IMG/VR virus record: IMGVR_UViG_3300038463_000730
Coordinates: 186,001 to 250,000 of that record
DNA: 64,000 bases
Reading direction: 5' to 3' (one strand)
Shown in pieces: positions 57,021 through 64,000 of the stretch (its first letter is position 1; every line of letters starts with the position of its first letter). Both the position numbers and the translations under genes were made by a program. Under the pieces are notes generated by a model, which saw only the letters and a program-made list of their open reading frames with translations, did not search any database and was not told the DNA's origin.

Positions 57021-57690
57021 TTGGAATTTGAATAAGCTTATCTATCGATTGTCTTATATCCTCACCGTTACAGATTTCGTTTCCAACAACAACCCAACCA
57101 TTTCGCTTCCGACGACCGAACAACTCCAACTTGTCACACCCTGGAAACATTGTGTCTAGATAATCCTGGACCAATTCTGGTTTCGTAGAGTGTCCACGAT
57201 TTTCGTCAAAACATACAGAACGTTGCGATCGACTCTTTAGCTTCTTGTATATTTTAGTACTGTTAACGCCAATCAAACAGATCTCGTGTGATTGTCGAAA
57301 CAACCGTCCCATTCCGAAGGACATGGTCCCGTTCTGATCGAATAAATCGATCTCGGCTTCGATCGCCGGTCTGGTCATCGGATTGAGCTTGCGAATGCTC
57401 TTCTTCAAATTCTGTAAAGGCTCTTTCTTTGTCTTGACCCAGACAAATGTTTGTTTCTGCTGGAAACCCCAGTCCTTCATTATCTGGAGGCCTTCCGAAA
57501 GCATCGAGCCCAAAACCCACAAAACAAGTACGGTGCCATTAGGATCTGAAATATCTTTGACTCGTAATAGAGACAGATCAGAAATCGATAGAGTAGAGTA
57601 GTTACTCGCCGCACCACGCTTCACCTTGCTCATCTTAAGTTTATCTTCAGGTCCCCACGGACAATCGGCAACTATGACCTGGAATTTCAT
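56989..57690 (-). CDS. MT-A70-family N6-adenine methyltransferase (DCPW variant)
   Basis: VIVADCPW, L.LWV, WGF..K..FVWVK, GMG..FR..HE, HSTKP, LELFGR, GW..VGNE. Confidence 0.88.
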   Translation of the reverse strand: MKFQVIVADCPWGPEDKLKMSKVKRGAASNYSTLSISDLSLLRVKDISDPNGTVLVLWVLGSMLSEGLQIMKDWGFQQKQTFVWVKTKKEPLQNLKKSIRKLNPMTRPAIEAEIDLFDQNGTMSFGMGRLFRQSHEICLIGVNSTKIYKKLKSRSQRSVCFDENRGHSTKPELVQDYLDTMFPGCDKLELFGRRKRNGWVVVGNEICNGEDIRQSIDKLIQIPNASPSPPPKP

Positions 57691-58205
57691 GGCTGATTCC
57701 TAACAAGCGCTTCAGCAATCTGATACATTGTATCGTCGCTATTTCGCCCTCTAAATGTGTTGATTTGATTCAACACAAATCTAATATTGTCTTTTGTATA
57801 TCCTCCACTATGAACGATACGATCCACGCTTATCGAATTCCATGGTGTGTAACTTTTTTCAACCTTCTTAATTCTAACCATAGGTAGATTGGTTAGCTCA
57901 CACTTCCACTCTATCTCATTCAATCTGGATAGAACCCAGTCACGATCTAAATCAAAAGGCAAGCCCTGTTGTTTACATAGACTTTTTTTATGTCGAACAA
58001 TCTCCGCCGCAATACCAACATCCGTCATGCGATACTCGTCCACATCATCCTTCTCACACTTTCGACATGTATTGTTTATGTATTTTCCTTTACCGCGGCC
58101 TGACTTTTTCTCTCTTACACGAAACAGTCCGACGTCTAACATTTCTCTGCATTCAAAGCATATTTTCTTCGAATGATCTTTTGAATATGAATCATAATTA
58201 GCCAT
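57687..58205 (-). mobile_element. Putative homing/HNH-like endonuclease
   Basis: CxxC..CxxC N-terminus; C.LT.LP..S.DRI....GYTKDN.RFV...N. Confidence 0.7.
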
Positions 58206-58237
58206 ACCGGCAATATATCAACGGTGGCCAGGGCGGA

Positions 58238-58579
58238 TCACGAACCTTCCGATTTCTTGTTTATCTCTTCCAGTTGAAGTATAACACCATCAATCTGTCT
58301 TAGCTTAAGAAAACGGATATTCTGTTCTTCAGTATCCTTTAGTTTCCGATACTCACGCCGTAGTTTACCGAGTCTCTTGAAGTCTGAGATCTTGAAACGT
58401 TTATCAGATCCCATATCAGGAATAGATGTCACCCATCCTTCCGTCACAAATGGATTGGGTATAGCTTGGATTTCGGCATCAATCTCGCGAAGCCTATGAC
58501 GAACTTTTATATGGCTCGAAAGAACGTTTGATAGTTCTTCATCAGCTGACACATCCGATGGTTCGATGTATCCATCCAT
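58238..58579 (-). CDS. Hypothetical protein
   Basis: Translationally coupled ORF. Confidence 0.5.
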   Translation of the reverse strand: MDGYIEPSDVSADEELSNVLSSHIKVRHRLREIDAEIQAIPNPFVTEGWVTSIPDMGSDKRFKISDFKRLGKLRREYRKLKDTEEQNIRFLKLRQIDGVILQLEEINKKSEGS

Positions 58580-59355
58580 CAGATTAGCTTTGCAGCCTCT
58601 AGTTCGATCGGTGCTTCCGACTCATTGATCTCGAAAGAGTTCGAATACTTGATCCGTGGCCTACCGGCATTCTCTCGCTTCATGATGTTGACCTGGTAAC
58701 GACCAGGCGGAAGCGGTGCTTGCCATTTACCAGCAGCGGTAGTTCGGGTCTTCGTTATAACCGAGCCATCTTCAGCGCGCAGAATCTCGACGTCCGCCAT
58801 GAAGATCATCTTCTTCCCTGTTTCATCGAAGACTCGTTGAAAAACAGGCGTGACCTTCTTCTGTAACGGATTCGGTTCGTGGTATGTCTCTGGCCGAGCC
58901 GTTCGACGTATTCCAACGGGACTCGTCTCAACCGACATAGAGAAGCCTGGGTCATCCTGAGCGACTAGAACCGAAGGATTCTCAACCTCAATCTGCGGCC
59001 GAAAAGATGGGAAATCATCCTCCGGATCGGCATTACTCCCCATCGTCGCAGGGTAAACACTCTGCCGTTGTGATTGAACCGGACCGGGTAGTTCACGCGC
59101 ATTGGCTTCCGTTAGCTTGACAAGCTTCTCCAACGAACCAGCAATCTTATTCAAACGATCCAACGTCAACTTACTGTTGATATCGTTGCTATAGATCATT
59201 CGAGTAAGTAGATCAACTTTCCCCTCAAGGTCAATAACCACAGAAGAGACAGTACGACTAGATTTACTGTCTGCGGATTCCTTGGCATCTGAAGTTTTGT
59301 TGAGATCCAAAAGATCATCAATACCAGTATTTGCAGTAGAACTTTTCTCAGACAC
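58579..59355 (-). CDS. Hypothetical protein with a C-terminal prealbumin/carboxypeptidase-regulatory-like beta domain
   Basis: A.VEI....G......T.A.G.W...LPPG.Y.V. Confidence 0.55.
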   Translation of the reverse strand: MSEKSSTANTGIDDLLDLNKTSDAKESADSKSSRTVSSVVIDLEGKVDLLTRMIYSNDINSKLTLDRLNKIAGSLEKLVKLTEANARELPGPVQSQRQSVYPATMGSNADPEDDFPSFRPQIEVENPSVLVAQDDPGFSMSVETSPVGIRRTARPETYHEPNPLQKKVTPVFQRVFDETGKKMIFMADVEILRAEDGSVITKTRTTAAGKWQAPLPPGRYQVNIMKRENAGRPRIKYSNSFEINESEAPIELEAAKLI

Positions 59356-59374
59356 TCAATCTCCCGTCGCTACG

Positions 59375-60061
59375 TTATTCAATCGATACGCCAACTCGGA
59401 TTCTCATCCTCATCAATACAACAAAATCATCCGGGTCTAACGACATACCCTTAAAATCAGGATGGCGATCATAGATGATATCCGATACTATCTCGTTCAT
59501 TAGGCCCAAATCACCACGAGCAACGATCTTACCTTTGATCATGAGAAGATAGCCACCAGGAGCGACAAAATCGTGATTCGGCTCTGATACGGAAGTATCT
59601 TGAGCTTCCGTAAAAGATTGAACATCTTCACCGTCATAGTTCTCTGTTTCAAATTCTTTTCTGGAATCTTTGTAATTCTGAACAGGTACATCATATTGAT
59701 CTGCATTTATCATCACATCATCATCTTCCGAAACAGGAACGCCGTTCATTGTCCAGAGATGTTCCTCGCCGCCTGTACTGTACGGAACCTGCGCTTGCGG
59801 TGGCGCAAGCGGCTGCTGCAAATTGTTCGGCCAACCACGATTATCACGAATACGCTGAGTTGCTCCGACTCGCGCCTGTTCCTGAGGATTCTCACGTCCA
59901 GGCGGAATGTGAACTACTCGGTGCTGAGTGACAGACTGGGGTTCCACGACCCGTCCCGACCGATCCATAAGAATCGGCTGTTTGTTCCATCGTACGTATT
60001 CTGGTACGTATGGTTTTTGTTTTGGTAACGGTCTTCGTGGAACCCTATTCTGTTGATCCAT
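59375..60061 (-). CDS. Hypothetical protein
   Basis: AAGGA RBS. Confidence 0.55.
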   Translation of the reverse strand: MDQQNRVPRRPLPKQKPYVPEYVRWNKQPILMDRSGRVVEPQSVTQHRVVHIPPGRENPQEQARVGATQRIRDNRGWPNNLQQPLAPPQAQVPYSTGGEEHLWTMNGVPVSEDDDVMINADQYDVPVQNYKDSRKEFETENYDGEDVQSFTEAQDTSVSEPNHDFVAPGGYLLMIKGKIVARGDLGLMNEIVSDIIYDRHPDFKGMSLDPDDFVVLMRMRIRVGVSIE

Positions 60062-60062
60062 A

Positions 60063-60476
60063 TTATCCTTCTAAGTCATCCATATGCGCCATTGGCTCGA
60101 TGTCATACTTTCGATCTTTCTTCGACTCTTTGACATCACCGTTGGCATAACGAACCTTCTTCATCTCCAGTTCGAAAAGTTTACGACGCATTTCATTCCG
60201 CTTCCTACGCAACTTATCAGATCGTTTTTCAAACGACTGTTTCTCCTTGTAGAGAGCCAGGATCCTTTCCTTTTGAACCTGAGCACGGAAAGCCTTAAAT
60301 GCCTTGTCAAAATTGTTGTACACTTTGACTTCAAGCGGGATCGCCTGAACTGCATCAGTAGGATATGTCGCTCCAGTAGGAACGACGCTGCGGGACGAAT
60401 TCGCAATAAACTTTTCACCTCCCTTCGAATAGTTGGTGTTCTTTCTTGATACGTATCCGTTATTCTTGTTGCTCAT
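60063..60476 (-). CDS. rpsU: Ribosomal protein bS21 homolog with N- and C-terminal extensions
   Basis: V.V.NNFDKAFKAF...V.KE.IL..YK....FEK.SDK.RRKR. Confidence 0.85.
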   Translation of the reverse strand: MSNKNNGYVSRKNTNYSKGGEKFIANSSRSVVPTGATYPTDAVQAIPLEVKVYNNFDKAFKAFRAQVQKERILALYKEKQSFEKRSDKLRRKRNEMRRKLFELEMKKVRYANGDVKESKKDRKYDIEPMAHMDDLEG

Positions 60477-60528
60477 CTACTACTTAAATTACCTCGTTCA
60501 ATGCCTTCCGGCATACCACACATCTATA

Positions 60529-61860
60529 TCAGTCTTTCTGTGAATTACGGCCCAAACCAATGTTTTTTCGTCCACGACCTATGTTCTTGTCCTTCATAAC
60601 AATGTCCAACGCACGATTGATGTCACTAATCGTTGGTGACTTACGATCATGCGCCAAAGCCTCATAGATCGAGGAAATGTAGAACTCCTTAAGGTAAGCG
60701 TAAGAAAATTTGTACTTGAAAGCTAATGCCGAAATCTCTTTCGCCTTATCCGGCTTCAAGGCCGCCCCGAACCACTTCATTAGGTATTTCATACACATCA
60801 TACGGTCAGGCAACGGAACTTCGAATTTGCGGTCAAACCTGGAAGGACGTTTCCGAATGTTGTCCTCAAACACATCGAGGTTGTTTGCTGTCGCAACAAC
60901 GAGTAACCCGTTCTTCGAACTCACCCCGTCCATCAGCCCAAGAAACTGGGAGATGTTAACCGTCTGAAACATCGAATCCAGCTCTTCGAAATAAAGCAGC
61001 GCTGGTGATTGTGACTCGGCGTAGTTGAACGCCTCTCTCATTGCACTATCACCAGCACCACCGGCAATCGTCACGGGCTTGAAGTTGTAATTTGAAATGA
61101 TCGTTCGGATCAATGACGTCTTCCCACACCCCGGCTCACCCCACAGCAGAACACCACGTTTCCATGGAATACCGGCCTGCTCGTAGAATTCACGCGAGAT
61201 AAGGAATGTTTCGATACATCCTCGGATGTCTTTCTTCAGATTGACTGGTAAGAACAAGCTATCCCAAGTAGCTTCTTTGGTATACGGAAGATCTTCTCCC
61301 TCGACTACTTTGATCTGAAGGTTCTGCCGATCGCGTTGTTTGACCCAGTCCTCAAATTGATTCCTGAACGCAAGGTATTTATCATGTAACGCCACTGGGA
61401 CAATGTTAAAGAACGATACTTCATCCTCGTTCTGGTTCCCCTTGTGAAACAACCCAGCGTGTATAAAATTAAGTTGACCAGGTGCTCTGATAAGGAAAAC
61501 GCCTTGTACAAAGAACTTCTCATAGTCTTGCTCGGTACGCCAAGAGATAATTGAATCGTTATAGATGCATTCTATTTTTACATTGTTCTCTTCGCAGAAA
61601 CGAACGAACTGTCCATCCATGATGATGCGGTTATGGACAAACTTCACAACTTGTGCCGCCTTGCCTCCACTTGTAAGGCAAGATGCAAAATTACGCTCAG
61701 TCCAATTCATCAACTCGATGAAACTAGAACTAGGCCGTTTCTCCTGAACCTTCTGACACTGACCAGAAGTCAGAACCCGAATCAATCCTTCGGTCAGATG
61801 TTCTTGTTTATCAAGCGTCGCCGCTGTGGCGAAGTTGACTTTCTTTAGTGCTTGAGTCAT
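60529..61860 (-). CDS. AAA+ ATPase (classical clade) with a unique N-terminal domain
   Basis: GIPWKRGVLLWGEPGCGKTS, LYFEELD, ATAN, RPSRFD. Confidence 0.9.
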   Translation of the reverse strand: MTQALKKVNFATAATLDKQEHLTEGLIRVLTSGQCQKVQEKRPSSSFIELMNWTERNFASCLTSGGKAAQVVKFVHNRIIMDGQFVRFCEENNVKIECIYNDSIISWRTEQDYEKFFVQGVFLIRAPGQLNFIHAGLFHKGNQNEDEVSFFNIVPVALHDKYLAFRNQFEDWVKQRDRQNLQIKVVEGEDLPYTKEATWDSLFLPVNLKKDIRGCIETFLISREFYEQAGIPWKRGVLLWGEPGCGKTSLIRTIISNYNFKPVTIAGGAGDSAMREAFNYAESQSPALLYFEELDSMFQTVNISQFLGLMDGVSSKNGLLVVATANNLDVFEDNIRKRPSRFDRKFEVPLPDRMMCMKYLMKWFGAALKPDKAKEISALAFKYKFSYAYLKEFYISSIYEALAHDRKSPTISDINRALDIVMKDKNIGRGRKNIGLGRNSQKD

Positions 61861-63609
61861 TTAAGCCGCAATATTGTGAATGTTTCTGCAACCCGAGCAT
61901 GCCATAAACTTACCGTGGACACTGGTCCGCTCGACCATCAACCCGCCGCATTTATCACATGATGCTAGTTTGTTCTGCTCGACAGTTGCTTTGAGTTCGA
62001 TAGAAAACGGTTTGTAGAAATCAATCATGACCGTGTCATAATCTGCACTGCCCGAAGCAATCTTATCCAAGTTGGACTCCATCGCCGCGGAGTAATCGTA
62101 GTTAAGGAACGTAAAGTTCTTTCTGAGAAGGTCTGTAATCTCCACGCCAAGATCCGTCGCATGGTATGTATTCCCGTTCTTCACAACATAGTTACGAGCC
62201 ATGATATTCTTGAGAATGGTCGCCATCGTGCTCGGGCGCCCAATCTGACGAGCATCAAGATCCTTGATCAAATTCGACTCAGAATATCGAGCCGGAGGCT
62301 GCGTAAACTTCTGCTCCGATGTCACCCCCACTTGCCCAAGCGCATCTCCCTTTGTAAGGTTCGGTATGTCGATCGAAGTAGCCTTCGGGAGACCCAATAC
62401 CTCCAAATAACCCTTAACCGATAGAGCTTTCCCCGAGGCTTTGAGCTCATGTCCGCCACACTCGATCGTTACAGTCAATGTATCGTAGACAGCCGGTTCC
62501 ATCTGACTCGCGACAGAATAACGCCAGACTGTATCGTACAGGTCGTGATCATCTCCGGTTAGCATGCACGCTTTCGGATCGGTCGTCGGATTGGTACAAC
62601 GAATGCACTCATGGCTGTCTGCCGCCGTGGCCTTCGCCTCGAACACGTTCGGCTTCGGGAGCAACGTGTACCCGACAGCTTGGATATACGTTCGCAGTGA
62701 CTTGATCGCATCGTCACCCATCCGAACGGAGTCGGTTCGGATGTACGTCGTGTAGCCTGACTCATAACAAGACTGAGCCGCAGTCATGGTCTGCTCGGCA
62801 CTGAACCCGAACTTCTTCGACATGACTTGCTGGAGCATGAGCGTTGTCAACGGAGGTGGCGCGGCTTCCTTCTTCGGCTTCCGCACAACCGATTTCACTA
62901 CGAAGTGACCTGCCTTCAACTCGGCGACAACTTTGTCCGCATCGGCCTTGTTACCAACCTGCTCATCAAGTTTGACTTGGAACTTCTCTTTGTTGGCCGT
63001 TTCGAGGGTCGCCGTGACGTTCCAAAACTCTTTCGGCTTGAAAGCCTTGATTTCCTTTTCACGATCCACAATCATTCGGACCGCGACCGACTGAACTCGT
63101 CCAGCGGACAACTTCTGCTCCGGATAGATATTCATCAATACGGGCGACACCATAAATCCCACCACTCGGTCCAAGATCCTCCGTGCCTGCTGCGCCGCAA
63201 ATAGCTTTGTGTCAAATTCACGAGGATTCGCAATCTCTGCCAGAATCGCCGTTTTAGTAATCTCATGAAACATGACTCGCTTGATCGGCAAGCCTGTTGA
63301 CTGCAACCGGTCCCGCAAATGGATACCGATCGCTTCTCCTTCGCGATCAGGGTCGGAAGCAATTAGGATCTTGTCACATCCTTCAGATGCGTTTACGATC
63401 GAGTCGAATGCCGATTTCTTCTCTTCCATCAAATGATAAATGGGCTTAAGATTGTTGTTCAACTCAACCCCGATGCCGAACTTACCGCCCTTCGCAAGAT
63501 CAACGCAGTGACCGAAACAAGGTACGACAACATAGTTTGTCCCGAGATATTTCTGAATTGTTTTGCCTTTGGCGGGCGACTCGACAATGACTAGTGTTTT
63601 TTTGCTCAT
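61861..63609 (-). CDS. topA: DNA topoisomerase IA
   Basis: VIVESPAK, DPDREGE, SAGRVQS, TYIRTDS, IGRPST; one C-terminal zinc ribbon. Confidence 0.95.
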   Translation of the reverse strand: MSKKTLVIVESPAKGKTIQKYLGTNYVVVPCFGHCVDLAKGGKFGIGVELNNNLKPIYHLMEEKKSAFDSIVNASEGCDKILIASDPDREGEAIGIHLRDRLQSTGLPIKRVMFHEITKTAILAEIANPREFDTKLFAAQQARRILDRVVGFMVSPVLMNIYPEQKLSAGRVQSVAVRMIVDREKEIKAFKPKEFWNVTATLETANKEKFQVKLDEQVGNKADADKVVAELKAGHFVVKSVVRKPKKEAAPPPLTTLMLQQVMSKKFGFSAEQTMTAAQSCYESGYTTYIRTDSVRMGDDAIKSLRTYIQAVGYTLLPKPNVFEAKATAADSHECIRCTNPTTDPKACMLTGDDHDLYDTVWRYSVASQMEPAVYDTLTVTIECGGHELKASGKALSVKGYLEVLGLPKATSIDIPNLTKGDALGQVGVTSEQKFTQPPARYSESNLIKDLDARQIGRPSTMATILKNIMARNYVVKNGNTYHATDLGVEITDLLRKNFTFLNYDYSAAMESNLDKIASGSADYDTVMIDFYKPFSIELKATVEQNKLASCDKCGGLMVERTSVHGKFMACSGCRNIHNIAA

Positions 63610-63998
63610 TTGGTTCTTCTATGTTTGTTAGTTTTTAGGTCAGCTTCTAAATGATCCATGTCATGAACTGTCGAATAGTCAGTCCCTCGCAAATACTGTA
63701 CGATCGCATCTCGTTCTTCATCAACTCTTGATTGAACAAGCTTCAACATCCGATCCCAGTTCGACTCACCATTACCACCGATATCGAGTAGAATCTCTTC
63801 GATTTCCCATTTTCGTTTGTCGATGTATCGCTGTTCCTCAGATACGCACACGTGCGGACCCTTGCTAGAGTAGAGGGCGTACGTGCATATTGGGCACCAC
63901 CTCGCGTCATAACATGATTTGCATGTATATGAGCCGTGCCCGCCGTGTTTCGAAGGTCGAACGCCGCATCCATCGCACGGTTCATCGTCCAGGTCGGT
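63606..63998 (-). CDS. Cys-rich hypothetical protein, 5' end outside the window
   Basis: The 63606-63851 frame stays open to the window edge: ..CDGC..CKSC..CPIC..HVCVSEEQ.. Confidence 0.55.
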   Translation of the reverse strand, partial: TDLDDEPCDGCGVRPSKHGGHGSYTCKSCYDARWCPICTYALYSSKGPHVCVSEEQRYIDKRKWEIEEILLDIGGNGESNWDRMLKLVQSRVDEERDAIVQYLRGTDYSTVHDMDHLEADLKTNKHRRTK

Positions 63999-64000
63999 CG

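Noticed and set aside
1511-58237. Group I introns around the five homing-endonuclease-like genes
   Set aside because: Flanking genes look complete and the gaps are under ~100 nt or overlapping, leaving no room for a ribozyme core; treated as free-standing
358-63204. The many plus-strand ORFs in the track (e.g. 477-839, 5893-6729, 11893-12507, 14224-14611, 28138-28797)
   Set aside because: Antisense shadows of well-supported minus-strand genes, with no RBS or recognisable motifs; only 56027-56197 was kept
17785-63609. Inteins in terminase, DnaE, RecA or TopA
   Set aside because: Lengths are normal and no C...HN intein ends or LAGLIDADG inserts were seen
63743-63985. 80-aa ORF in the track
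   Set aside because: Overlaps, in another frame, a Cys-rich reading frame continuous with 63606-63851 that is more plausible
1-64000. Stop-codon reassignment
   Set aside because: Long conserved genes are uninterrupted in the standard code, and TAA, TAG and TGA all end genes at tight junctions
1-64000. tRNA, rRNA or long ncRNA genes
   Set aside because: Intergenic gaps are short and I saw no cloverleaf or T-loop signature in them; a tRNAscan/Infernal run would be the proper test

Overview
A gene-dense 64-kb segment of a very large (jumbo-type) tailed dsDNA phage, standard genetic code, with essentially every gene on the minus strand. Left arm (1-~30,060): head morphogenesis and packaging. 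It holds a lambda-GpA-like terminase large subunit, a portal, a 1140-aa prohead protease/scaffold-like protein and about 20 probable internal-head proteins. These include a Tyr/dual-specificity phosphatase and a lytic transglycosylase, with a CCA-adding-type nucleotidyltransferase embedded among them. Right arm (~30,110-64,000): replication, recombination and host takeover. It holds DnaE, a primase split into two distant genes, SSB, RecA, UvsY-like, RuvC, SbcCD, TopA, dNMP kinase, an MT-A70 methylase plus HNH, an Acb1-like 2H phosphoesterase, and a translation/folding set (bS21, peptide deformylase-SEC-C, trigger factor, DnaJ). Five free-standing homing-endonuclease-like genes are interspersed. 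The strongest hidden pattern is a recurring hydrophobic-x-K-x-A motif, with a second D-x-N-[D/S]-A motif and a shared helical module, in nearly every left-arm protein, often at N-termini and domain boundaries. This suggests a protease-processed virion cargo/polyprotein system. Also seen: two classes of promoter-like motif (one implying leaderless mRNAs) and a tandem trio of C-x3-(G/H)H...CxxC microproteins, two of them missed by the ORF track. All calls come from reading motifs by eye; no database searches were run.
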